From positions 992,001-1,056,000 of the forward strand of contig CM038999.1 in NCBI GenBank assembly GCA_017499595.2: a stretch of DNA of 64,000 bases, given 5' to 3'. Positions within the stretch are counted from its first letter, which is position 1. Every line of letters starts with the position of its first letter. Both the position numbers and the translations under genes were made by a program. The DNA is from Psilocybe cubensis. Lineage: Eukaryota. The notes beneath the pieces are model-generated. The model was not told the origin of the DNA and did not search any database. It saw only the letters and a program-made list of their open reading frames with translations. Shown piece by piece: positions 11,272-25,965 of the stretch.

Positions 11272-13451
11272 ATGGCCCCAACATCATTCGTCAACCCCTC
11301 ATCTCTCTCCTTCGCCCCCCAATCCTTCACCCCCGCCTCCCCAGCCCCCTCATCTTCGTACACCCACGACGAGGACGACCACGACGACATCGACCCCACC
11401 CACTCCGCCGGCCCCGCCCGCAAACGCGCGCGCACCAGCACCACCACCGCGGGCTCCTCTTCAACAACCAAGGACACCTCCTCCCTCTCGCTGTCCGAGC
11501 AGCGCAAAGAGGCGCGCGCGCACCGGAACCGCATCGCCGCGCAGAACTCGCGCGATCGTCGGAAAGCCCAGTTTTCCTACCTCGAGCGGAGAGTCTCGGA
11601 GCTTGAGGAGGAGAACAGGAGGTTGAAGGCGGGTATGGGTGCCCCTGCACCTGCAGCTCTCCCTGCCTCCATCCCCGTTGCACCTGCGCAACCGGTCTTC
11701 GCCCCACCCGCCGGAACATTCGCTCCTGCGCTCTCGAGTGCGGTGGAGGAGCACATCCGCGCGGAACGGGAGAAGGAGAGGGAACGGGAGAATGAAGAGC
11801 TTAAAGAGCGTATCCGCACGCTTGAGCGCGGGTGGGATGCCGTGGTCAAGGCGCTCGCGGCGCAGGGTGTCGCTGCGGGCTTGTTCGGCGCGGCGCAGGC
11901 TTCTCCTTCTTCCCCTTCCTCGTCTACCCCGGCTTCTTCGACTAGTAATACGACGACGACCACTGCGATCATTACACCATCTACCACACCCACCGCTACT
12001 ACCCCGTCAACTATCAACAGCAATTCAACAACCGTCAACTCGTCGACATCGACGAAACTTGAAGTTCCGACTGCCACCGCCACTACATTTACCGCTTTCC
12101 CCTCCCCCGCACCTTCCCACTCCTCATTGGACTTTGAATCCAGCTCTCCCCTCCCCGACTTTTACACTCACACCACCGCCTCTCCGCTCTCCCTCTCCCT
12201 CCAACAACCCAGCACAACAACAACAACAACAACAACGCCGCAGATCCAGCAACAGCACCGCCACCAGCCAACGCCCGTGCCCGCACTGTCACTAACGCTG
12301 TCTCCGACGCCGTCTTCCTCGCCATCACACACCAACGAGCCCACTCGCCACCTAGCACGGGTGGCGACCGCCGGGGGACCTTCATTGGTCCGCTCGGCGT
12401 CCCTGCAGCGGGTGGGTTATTCGGAGGGTGTGTGGCGGGATTCGGTGCTGGATTCGGTGCAGGTGTCGGTTCCGGTTCAGGTAGCGCAGGTGCAAGTGCC
12501 AACGGAAATGGAAGCGGTTTCGGTCTCGCTCGCTTCTCCCCCGCGAACGGTCCAGGCGTATGTGCCACCGTATATTCGGGCGATGCGGCTCAAGGCGCAG
12601 CAGTTGCAGCAACAGCGTCAACAGCTGCGTCAGCCGTTGCAGCAGGTGCAGGCCCAGCAACAACAGTGGGCAGCACAGGCGCAGCTTGCGATGGGAGAGA
12701 GGATGATAAGGCTATGGAGGCCCTCTTTCGCGAGATCGTCGCGTCGCCACGGGCGGCGCATGCGTGTGTGCCGCAAGTGAGCGGTGCGGGCGCATATATT
12801 GGTGTGGAGGGGGAGGGTGTGGGAGCTGGAGCGGAGAAGGAGAGGGAGGGGAAGGAGGAGGGGAAGAGTGTGAGGATGGAGAAGGCGGATGAGGAGGAGA
12901 AGGAGAAGGCATCGCAAGTTGTTCAATGTGAAGGGGTTCCAGCGACATCGACATCGACATCATCATCAGTCGAAGACAACGAGCAAGAGAAAGTCAAAGA
13001 GAAAGAGACACAACAAGACAACGAGAAAGACAACGACAACGACGCGGAAGACGACCGCGCTGTTGCAGAGTGGGCAAACGAGATTGAGATGCAGCGGATG
13101 TTGGATAGTATGATTATGGATATTCAGGTTCAGGCTGGGCTCGGACATGGGCTTGGGCTTGGGATTGGGGAGTTGGGGATGAATATGGATTTGGGGATGG
13201 GTGGTGGGGAGTTTGGAATGGGTGTGGGTGCGGGTGCGGGGGAGTTTGGAATGGATTTCGGGATGGGGATGGGGATGGATATGGCTCCTCTAGGTCTGGG
13301 ATTGGATATGGGAATGGATATGGGGATGAACATCGGAATGGACGGCGTTGATGTGGACTTTGGACTTGGTGCGTTTGACGCATCTGGTGTTGGTCCGGGT
13401 ATGGGTGCGGGAGGGGCGGCGTGGGATGTGAGCGGCGCTGGTGTGTTTTGA
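11272..13451 (+). CDS. HAC1: UPR bZIP transcription factor (HAC1/HXL1/XBP1 ortholog). Unspliced ORF 11272-12780 (502 aa); predicted spliced ORF 11272-12355 + 12406-13451 (709 aa)
   Basis: bZIP RKEARAHRNRIAAQNSRDRRKAQFSYLERRVSELEEENRRL; twin stem-loops at 12345-12367 and 12398-12414; removing 50 nt shifts into ORF 12432..13451 with an acidic C-terminus. Confidence 0.85.
12356..12405 (+). other. Predicted IRE1-type unconventional (non-spliceosomal) intron, 50 nt
   Basis: 5' hairpin TCGCCACC-TAG|CACG-GGTGGCGA (8-bp perfect stem, 7-nt loop); 3' hairpin CGTCC-CTG|CAGC-GGGTG; internal hairpin GGACC-TTCATT-GGTCC; no GT-AG ends; frame-shifting length. Confidence 0.8.
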
Positions 13452-14204
13452 GCCATTAGTCTCGTTTTGGCTCGGCTCGTTTTGGCGTTCCTCCACAATC
13501 ACAACTATAACCACTACCATAACCTTCATGTTTTTTGTTGGACGCCGCCACGCCGCCACGACGACTGGGAGACTAGGCAAGGGCAGGCATGGGTTTGGAT
13601 GGGAAGGCAGAGGAAGGAGCGGAGGCATATATGGATGTTGCATGCGCGCCTATTTGGGCTGCTGCTGCCTGTCGTCTGTTGATGTCTTTTCTCTTTCTCT
13701 CTTTCCCTCTACCCTCGCCCGCTCGCGCTCGCACACTTGTTTGATCTCCTCGCGCTCGCTCGCTTGATCTTGACCCGTCGTCAGCTCCCGTCCGTAGCCT
13801 TGTGCGCACGCACGCTACCAACGCCACTGTTGATCTCGTCGACATTGACCGACCCGGCTCCAGCACCGGCACCTGCGGATACCTTCATCATTGAAATTGG
13901 TATTCGATATCATCGCGTCACTGTCACTGTCACCGTTGTCCTTGACTACCCCCACCGTCATCGTCGACGGACCACCATTATTATTATCATCATCGTCAAT
14001 CGTCGTCGTCGTCGACCATCGACCCCACCGCCAAAAATCTCGAAGAGGCGCCGTCGTTCAATTCAACTACGATAACGACCGGCCTACTTCGTTTTTTCGA
14101 AAGTATTGTAATCCCGTGTTCCCATTTCCCATTTTTCACTTCCTCTTTCCCAATTTTGTGTACCACCACCAACTCATATTCGCCCGCTCCGTTCTCGATT
14201 ATTC

Positions 14205-15030
14205 GGCATCTCGTCTCGTCTCGTCTCGTCTGGCTTCGTCTCGTATCGTTTCTCTTTTTCCATTTTCGTCTCGTCTCGTCTTGTGTCGTCTCGTCTCGTC
14301 TCGCTGTCTGGTCTTTAAATTATTTGAAACCCCCCTCATCGACTTGTTTATGCTTTTTTCAACTCCTACTCTTATTTTATCTCGTCTTTGTCTTCCCTTA
14401 TTGTTCTTCTTCGTTCTTCGATTCGTTCCTCGATTCTCTTCCGTTTGGTTTCTCGATATTTTTTTTGGAGTTTTTTTTGGAGATGTGCCAGTTGAAGATT
14501 TCTTATTTCTTCCTTCCATTCTTCCTTCGTTCGTTCATTCGTCTACTTCTTACCCTTTGTTCATCCACCTTTTCCCATTCCTTTCACCGACATCTTTTCC
14601 TCCCTATCTTCGCCGATTTTGAAATTTTTGTAGTACTGTCTTTTGTGGGTACACCGACCGACAGGGCAGGGCAGGGCATCAAGATCATCATCACCGCTAC
14701 CACCACCTCCTCCCTCTACCTCTTCTCTCCTCTCCTCGCCTCGCCTCGCCTTTCCTCTCCTCTCCTCGCCTCGCCTTTCCTCTCCTCGCCTTGTCTCACC
14801 TCCTCACCTCGCACCACCACCACCACCACCTCCTCCTCCTCTGACGGACACCTCCCTACCCTACCACAAGGACCCTGCTGCACGCTCCCCTTCGGGGTTT
14901 GAGACGCGCGGGTTTTTTAGGTGGGGCTTTGGGCTGTTTTTTGTTGGGGGGTTGGGTTGGTTGGTTGGTTGGTTGGTTTGTGTGGGTGGGTGTTGTGGGT
15001 ATGTGGGTGGGTTGTGGGTTTGTGTGTGAG
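14205..15030. repeat. Low-complexity/microsatellite tract downstream of the bZIP gene ((TCGTC)n, CCTCT/CCTCG arrays, (GGTT)n)
   Basis: Directly visible tctcgtctcgtc..., ctcctcgcctcgcc..., ggttggttggtt runs. Confidence 0.8.
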
Positions 15031-17434
15031 GGGCATCCGACATCCGACATCCTTTCATCATATCCTCCGACTATCCGACTCGATTCACTTTCATATCATC
15101 CAGTAATCGCCCACCCCGCCCTGCCGTCTTTCCCCTTTATGATGTGTTCCCCACCCGACCTTCATTTTGTACTACAACTTTTTGAGTTTGGTGATCTTAC
15201 GTGTAGGTTAGAACAAGGTTTTAGGTTAGGTTAGGTTTGGAGTAGAAGTATGTAGGAATGGTTAATGAGGAATTTTCTTTTTTGGCTGGTGCATTTACTT
15301 TTTGTTTTGTGTGTGTGTGTGTATGAACTGTTGCGCTCATGTGAGAGGTAGTGGTTGTGTAACACATATAAACAACAGCAGTTAAGAGATTATACAAAGG
15401 CAATGTGCTGCGCTCTTCCTATATCTTGTGCCCTAATTTGGATATGGAGATCTAAGAGGAGTACAGTACTTGGCATGAGACTAAGTCTGAAGTCAAAGAT
15501 GAAGTCAGTCAATGTACTAGATGAAGTTGGATAGGAGTCGACTTGGGATAGACTTAAGTTCCTTAGAGCCAAAGTCCAATATTGAATTTGGTTTCAAGTT
15601 CTCAGTTTTGGAAGCAAAGTTGCCAGAATGAAGTAGTGTGAAAATGTTATTTTGTTCTAGTATTGATTATGAATAGCAATTACTCCAGGCTCCGATATTA
15701 GAATGTGTCGATGTTGATGCCAGTGTTAGCAACCTGCTAGTGACAGGCAGCTTAGCAGTCCGCTGATCCAGCGGCACAGTTGATAGATCCTTTGGAAAAT
15801 GGATAGACTGGGATTTTTTGGTGGAGGTAGAGTTGGCATGACTAGATGTCAGATTATAGGGTTACTATAATGACGTCCGAGATAAGATATTGTTAATCTT
15901 GAACTTACATGAGGTTTGTGATATTGGTGTTGGCACATTTTCCTCCACCGTGCCATTGCTATCTAGCACTGCCTTGTGCTCTATATGTTTCCTGACTCCA
16001 AGTAGGAGTGGGCGGGGTTCTGTGGTATTGCTCATGTTGACGTTGTTGCCGCTGATGGTATTGGTGACAGTGATAGATGACAAACAAATTCCCATTATTG
16101 CCAATGCAATTGGTGGCTTGATTAGAAGTTGACAGTGTTGACAAGGGAGGGGGATGGGTTAGACTACGTGCACACTTCCTTGTATAAATATTGGCTGGCT
16201 TGAGGTTGAAGATTTGCTTTCAAGTTCTTGATCCCCGGCCACTTGCAAAAGAAAAAATTCGGGAGCCTCTTGTGTCCTAGTGACCAACGGCAACCTTTGT
16301 CTGTGTTGTACCACATGTACCACAGCGAGAAATCAAATTTCCATGTAATGTTATTTGGTTCCTTGGTATTTTGCTGTCAATTTAGGTTACTGGATACGTT
16401 ATTACGAGAGATTTAATAATATCCAGATAATATCAATCAGCGGAATTTAGTAGTAGGAATAATGCTCTCCGTCAATCTGTGTATGTTACAGTTAGACAAC
16501 TATGGTGTAGATGTGCTTTGGGTGTGTTGAGATAGTGGATGCCGGAGAGAGAAGGCATCACATTCACGGAGCAAATTATTCTGGTGAGGGACCGGTACTA
16601 TGGAGGCTATTGTTGATATTAGCAGTGAAGAGGCTTTGGCTTTCTTGTAAAAATTTTCACGCCCTAAATTCTTCCCGTTTTTTTTAATCCACTTGTTGCT
16701 TCGAAAAAGTTTACTCTACGCCTCCGGTGATGTTCTGGCCAATTCTAGAAGGTAATTGTATGCTTATTCAGGCAAACATTTTTCTCGATCGAGCGCCTGT
16801 GGCTATTGCTGCGATGTCCGTTTTCACACGCTTCAATCTCCGTCAATGACTTTAATCGCTGTGTCAATACAGCGATAGGCTGGTAGTGTGAAACTGGTTC
16901 ATTAAACTTAACGGGTTCCATCGTAGCTTTCACGATATGCTGTGTATCGAGTTATAAGGAAATGGAATGTGCCTTCTAACAGGAATTGGTTGGCAAAAGT
17001 TGGGTTAAAGTATGTTGTATCCGACTCGGAAGTAGCACATTAATACAATTTTGAAATTGAGATACGGTGTGGTGTGGATCCTCTGGTAAATTCCATGTAA
17101 GCAGCTTTTTGTATAGCTCTTGCAGTCTCTCGCAGTCTGCCGAAAAGTTTATAAAATTCTCTATTGCAATCGTGATGACAGGATCTCGATGTCAAAACCA
17201 GTATCCGATCACTTCAAGCCGATTAGGTGGCTGACTTCCAGCGCTGTCAAGGCTGTTAGCCACTGTTAGCCAATATTTTCAAGTCAGCCTCCATTGTACA
17301 TATAAAACACGACTTTGAGTTGCCAGAAAAAAACAAATCTACACATTCTACATTCGCCATTCTCTACACTGTCCTGTCCTTTCTAACTCACACTACATCC
17401 GACTCCACCTCATAGCAACTAAAAAAAGCATAAA

Positions 17435-18627
17435 ATGAGAAGCACTCTCCTTTCAATCGTTCTCGCCGCTGTATCCATCACCCAGATCATCGCAACCCCA
17501 GAAACTACGAATACAGCCACCTCCGGATCTGCTCAGACGATCGATGGTACGCTATCAATTCAAGTTGGCCAGGCACAGAGTCTAATTGATCCACTTCTAT
17601 TGTTTCTAGATGCAACCGTCCTGAATTTTGCTCTCACCTTGGAGCATTTGGAAAAGGAGTTCTACGCCGGAGCCCTCGCTAAATTCGACCAGAATGCTTT
17701 CCTCGCTGCTGGTTTGCCTCCCTGGGCACGTGGGCGCTTCTCACAGATCGCAGACCACGAAAAGACGCATGTCGATTTCTTGAGCAAGGCTTTGGGGGAT
17801 AAAGCCGTTCAGGCGTGTACTTACAACTTGTGAGTTTTTCTCTCTTGCGACAAACGATTTTGTTGACAAGTGCCCGGTGGGGTTGTAATTATGTAGCCCG
17901 TACAATGACCCGCGCTCGTTCGCCGCTCTGAGCCAAATCCTGGAAGGTGTCGGTGAGTAAAGTCATACAGTTTATTCCTCTTTATTTCATTTTAAAGCGA
18001 CCCCTTTCCTTGTTTTTTATCATTAGGTGTATCTGCTTACACCGGTGCTGCGCATCTGATTAACAACAAGGATTACCTTACGGCGGCTGCCTCGATTCTT
18101 GCTACCGAATCCCGCCACGCCGCCTTTGTTTCGTCCGCCGTCAACAGGATGAGTGCATGGAACGGCGCCTTCGATGTTCGTTCATTCCATTCTCCACCAA
18201 CCGCAACATGATAAAATATTAACACTTAACCTTTTTAAACTTTGCATAGATCCCGCTCAGCCTGAACGAAGTATACACCCTCGCTGCGAATTTCATCGTT
18301 TCCTGTCCTTCCACAAACGCGGCTCTCCCTGTCAAGGCCTTCCCTGCACTTTCAATCCAACTGACTGCGCCAGGAGAGACTGCCGCCGTCTCTGCGCCCT
18401 CGGCAGTGTCTCCGCCAACGTACATCGTGTTTTTCAGCGGACTGGATAAAATCTTTGTCAAAATCATGGATGGAAAAGTCTCCATCCCCAAGGACCTAGC
18501 GGAGACTGTATATGCTGTTGCGACCACCAGCGACAGCGCGGCCACGGATGATACCATTGTCGCTGGACCTGCCATTTTGATGTACCCCAAGGATTCGAAC
18601 AACTCTCTGATGGCAAAGAAAGCTTAG
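17435..18627 (+). CDS. Secreted ferritin-like domain protein (Rds1/Ferritin_2 family), paralog 1, multi-exon
   Basis: Signal peptide; LNFALTLEHLEKEFY, IADHEKTHV, LEGVGVSAYTGAA, ASILATESRHA motifs; TATATAAAA upstream. Confidence 0.88.
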
Positions 18628-19067
18628 GTTGTGTGGGATGGGTAAAAATTCCTTTCTTTTGTTGGACATTTTAATCGCATGTCGCTCGAACGAGTGACAT
18701 ATATACCCTTTCGTTCCTTACTTCTTCGTGTACAAATCTTTGTGCGCATTAATATTTCATTTTTGGTTTGATGATGCAAGGAGACTTCAACAAAGTTCAA
18801 ACGGATTATCGATGGAAATCTCAAGTCGGGGTAAGAACGATTCATTCAGCTGCATTTGAAGGTACAAATTGTGGCACGGTGTGTCTGGTATTTGGCATTA
18901 TCCCCAAGAAGTAAATTATCTACCAAATGGAAAAAAATCACGACAATTGACGATACTAGCGAAAGAAGGCAAAAGGAAAGTGCATGTCGAACGAGGGTGT
19001 TAAAACAAAAGTTCACAACTATCAAGCTATGATCTCAAGCGATTGGAGGACTCCGAAGACGAGGATT

Positions 19068-20165
19068 TCAGTTGGCCATATGCCCATGCGAGTCTCTTTC
19101 GAACTCAAGGATCGCAGGTCCAGCGAGGATGGTACTATCGTTCGCATCCGTACTGCTGTTCGTCGCAACAACATATACTTGGCCCGAAAGACCTGCTGGA
19201 ACGATGACCTTCCCATCATGAACTGGGACAAATATCTTCTCCAGTCCCGTAAGGAATACAACAAATGTCGGATCAACCGAAGACCCGTTCGCCACCAAGT
19301 TTTCTATTTTGATGTCTGCATTTCCTCCAGGCTTGATATTTGACAATGTTAAATTAGGGAACGCGCGAACAGGTAGCACAGGGTTCGTTGAGGGGCACGC
19401 CGCAATTACACTGGCAGCGATGCTGTAGACCTGGTTGAAGTCCAACGGAACGTCAAAGGCGCCGCTCCAGCCTCCGAACTTGTTCACGGCAGCAGCCACC
19501 CAACTGGCGTGGCGGGCCTCGGTTGACAGGATGCTGGCTGCTACCGTCAAATAGGCTTTGTTGGTGATTGACTGGGCAGCCCCTATATACGCAGAGACGC
19601 CTACACAGCCGTGCACACTTAGCATATATCCATATATATGGACAAATGGGACATGATTTGGCACGTACCGACGCCTTCGAGCAGCTCGCTGAACGCAGCG
19701 AACGATTTAACGTCAGTGTAAGAGCTGTAATTGTGACAGTTCGGTTAAAACTCGATATATGCGCACCCATTTCAAATTAAAAATACGAACAAATTGTACG
19801 TGCATGGACTAGTCGCCAAGCTACCCAACGCTTCAGATAAAAGATTGACATGGGCTTGTTCATGAGCTGCAATCTCCTGAAAGCGCCCACGAGCGTATGC
19901 TGGAAGGCCTGCGCGCTTAAAAGCGGCTTCGTCGAACTTCGCCAGAGCGCCGCTGTAAAAGGCGTTTTCTAGGTGCTCTAGAGTGAGTGCATAGTTGAGC
20001 ACGACTGAGTCTGAGGGGAATTCAGATTATCAGGATATTATGTTCATTACAGAATATGGAGTACATACCATCAATTACAGCATCACGCATAACGGGTGTG
20101 CCAATGACAAGTCGCCCAGTGATAGAGACCAGAGTTAGGGCAAAGGAAAGAAAGTCCTGGCGCAT
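19068..20165 (-). CDS. Secreted ferritin-like domain protein (Rds1/Ferritin_2 family), paralog 2, multi-exon
   Basis: MRQDFLSFALTLVSI signal; LNYALTLEHLENAFY, IAAHEQAHV, LEGVGVSAYIGAA, SILSTEARHASW. Confidence 0.88.
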
Positions 20166-20713
20166 TTTGACAAAGGGAAAAAAGAGTGGAAAAGAAGGAA
20201 GATGCCCTACAGGTTTAGTGTGCTTACCCCCCTTTTATAAAAGCTCAATCGTGCAGCGAGCATTCCATCCACGCCCGGACATCTCGGCGAAAGAATATTC
20301 AAGTTGGAACAACGATCGAATCCCAGTCACTTGTTCGCTCTTGACATCAAGTCAAATGTTACAGTGTACGATTTAGGCCGTCAATCGCATGGCATGGAAT
20401 TACCGAGGAAATGTAGATGCAAGATGTTGTACGTTGAACAATCCCTCTATTTGCGATTCACCAGAAATCTTGATCTTGGGTCACAAAAATTCATTAAGTA
20501 CACCAACTACATCATCTCAGTCAGCAACCACAAATTTTCTTATTCATTGAAGATGAAACCACTTAACTGAAAATGAGTATCAAGATTACGACAACATTAC
20601 TGAACGAATATAGAGAGCAATAGCACAAACTTCATTTTATAGCGTATAAAAATAGAACCAAATACTTTTCTTCATCTCATCCATCATTGCTCTAAGTGTT
20701 TACATCGAGACTT

Positions 20714-23012
<2,299 letters not shown>

Positions 23013-23394
23013 ACAGTTTTTTGCAGCATGACTCGCTCAGTCACTTTTGGAAATCGAAATCCATCGGATTTAACTCACGTGCTATCTTACCCACGGTTTG
23101 GCGAGACGCGTCCTAAGCGCGTTTAACCCCGAACAGGGGTGGCAATCATTAAATCAAGTCCCAGGAAAACTTATGGTTAAATTTGTTAACATATACTACT
23201 TGTCACCCAAAAAAGCGGAGATGTGCTCAATAATAGAGACTGTAAAAGCATTTACTTGATATCTAGATTGTCGTTTAGTTTCAGGCAAGCTAGATGATTG
23301 ATACAATAACAGTGATGCAACACATAGGCTACGCAATATTGAAGCCGCATTACGAATGATTGAGTCTGAATACGAGACATTGGTTTCCAAAAGT

Positions 23395-24954
23395 CTAATT
23401 TCTTGGATGTGTCTGTAGTCCCCATTTCGACCCGAACATTCCATTGCTCTTTTCTTTGGTTTCGTTGACTAACTTGGCCGCGCATTCGGCGCCGGCTACA
23501 GGAAGCCGAAGAAGTTGACGATGGCCTTCTCCTAGCGGCGGGGGCGCATCACTATCGTCCAGCAAGGGGAATGGAACATAAGTGGGCAGTATGCCGGCTT
23601 GTCGAAGCACGGTGGCTTGATCCCACCATATATGCTCTAGGGATAATTGGGATATGCTCGATTAGTGATTTAGATATGAAGAGCATGGGGACACATTACC
23701 ATTGTAGAGACGGTCTCCGCGGACATTAACAACGCTGATCATTGGAATAGACAGCTTTTTTCCGGTTGGAGGCACACCCGGAAGGAGCCAGTCAATAGTT
23801 TGATCGTGCGTAAGATGGCACACAAATTCATCTGGCCATCTCCTATCAAAACGGGGTTTGCTTTTTGAGATACTTTAGACACACCGATGATTCTGTCAGA
23901 GCCGACAGTGCGAGTGACAACTTCTAGAGTAGAGTCTGCGGGATTTCTGGAAAGAGTATAAGCAGGTTTGAATGTATACCGCACCGACTTACTGATGAAT
24001 AAAATGATTTTGGTAGAAGTCTGTTAACGCTTTGCGACCTATCCCCCCTGTCATCTGTCTAATATTTAAGTACTGGAGCAAAGAACAAGGCGATAGAAAA
24101 CTAACATTCGGTATATCATTCACGTATGGTTCAGCCTGATATCACGGTTCTGTCATCATGTATGAAACGTTACTGAAAACGGGGCATACTGACCACCATG
24201 GTACTCATTGTCTTCTCTACACTGCGCTCCCCGAACTCGTACAGCGTATGCTCGTCCCATATAGCTTCCAAGTCAAAGAAGGGGCCTCCGAGGTGCTTTC
24301 TGAGAAATGAAAGAGTACGACTGTGGGCGACGGAGGCATTCCCGGGAGTATAAGATGGAGATTGGGGAAGCACAAAGTTAGGCGAGTCTGTTGAGTACGA
24401 ATATTGCGTTATGGAACCAGCAGTTGGCACATTTTTATCTCGTGGCTTGGACGAAGTTGAAGCCAGGTGTAAAAGCGCTGGAGTTTTGCAGGATGAGGAT
24501 GGGAAGGATCCGTAGCCTACAAGCGCGACGACACGAGAATCCATTGATACCACATCTGATACAATAGGAATGAGAGTTGGTTCATACACTATCAAATAAA
24601 AGTATGTCGATAAATATCCAATCAGACACGGCCATACAACAAAATCTTACCAATAACAGCAAACTTGTCTTTGATATCAACTTGGCTAAGCTCAGAAAGC
24701 GCCTTGACTCCTTGGGTGAGAGCTTTCTCCACGTTCAGTCCTTCTGAGTTGACAATTCCGACTACAGCAAACCCTTCCTCTGCCCACTTCAGGATAGGCT
24801 CAGGATCGAGCGGCTTAGTTACCCCTGGTGAAAAACTGATATCTGGAAGGAAGAGCACAAGTCCTGGACCGATACCCCTTCTAGAAAGTGGAGGTTGAAG
24901 AAATACATTTGGGGCGAGTGTAACGCGGGGTGCAGATGGGAGGGGAACAGACAT
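23395..24954 (-). CDS. Dienelactone-hydrolase-like N-domain + SnoaL/NTF2-like C-domain protein (fungal carboxymethylenebutenolidase-like), multi-exon
   Basis: LQPPLSRRGIGPGLVL, KWAEEGFAV, FDLEAIWDEHTLYEF, MTGGIGRKALTDFY, DWLLPGVPPTGK, EHIWWDQATVLRQAG, LPVAGAECA. Confidence 0.85.
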
Positions 24955-25965
24955 TGTTGATTGTAGGCAATTGTGAAGGAAGAGCCCAGTAAGACATTCA
25001 CTTCAGAGCGCTCAAGTTTAGTTTAATAGCGTATCATTGTTTAAGCTCGTGTGACAGGGTCTGAGATTCGAGGCACAGTGTAACACTCGATCTGAGCACT
25101 GTTCCGGAACATGCCCTGATGTGGAAAGACCTTTTCCATTTTCGGTCAGTAACTCTCATACGACAAACATGTGCTTCTTGACATCTACGACCTGGAAGGA
25201 GGCGGAGATAGTATTGTCTATATTTTTTGTCTGATTTACTGATTTCTTAGTCTCGCTACGCTTGTTAACTCTTTAACCATTCATCTCTCCCGGAAGCATA
25301 GATACAGGGGCAATTGACATGGTGCCCAGTGGAGATAAGACTTCAAACATAATGCAACTATATTTCAATCCCAATTGTGAGTGTAGGATTACTATCAATT
25401 TACCAACGTTGAGTCCAGAAGGCGGTAGCAGATTGCAACTTTCCGAGCAGCAATGATCTCTCTAATTAGCACAACTCAAAAGTTGCACGACCCGGACGCG
25501 CCTTGCTGTATCAAATGTCACATGTTGACCGTGGGTTCTTCGCGAGGTTCCGCGCGCAATTCGCCGCGATAGGTTCGGAATACAGGTGGATACTGAGCGT
25601 CCATTGACGTACGTACCTTTTCCATAATACTGGAGAACCACCTCATCGAACAGACTCGTCACTCAGCAAACGTGTTCCCGCTACGATCTCCTCGATTAAA
25701 TGCTGTTAATGGATGGAACTTGCATCATGCGCACGCAGCAGAATTCCTTCATTTATTTGATAGTGGCTGGCATAGGATCGCATCATGGCCTATGAAACGT
25801 AAGTATAACTCAAAAGTTATACGACGAACTGCCTGCAGGCGCCGTTTGACTCGGGTACTATTATCCCCGCTGGCGTTAGGATTTAATTCTGCAAAAATGT
25901 GGGTATATAAAGCGAGCTAGGAGCTGCCGACCAGCGCCATATACTAGTAGCACGACTTTGCTCCC

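Noticed and set aside
12432-13451. 339-aa ORF as an independent gene
   Set aside because: GTG start inside the bZIP ORF; better explained as the post-splicing frame.
13891-14902. 243/248-aa Phe/Ser/Leu-rich ORFs
   Set aside because: Arise from pyrimidine-rich simple repeats lacking stops; non-ATG starts.
15600-16600. Possible degenerate minus-strand gene fragment (TNTISGNNVNMSNT...)
   Set aside because: Frequent stops, no consistent exon chain or family motif.
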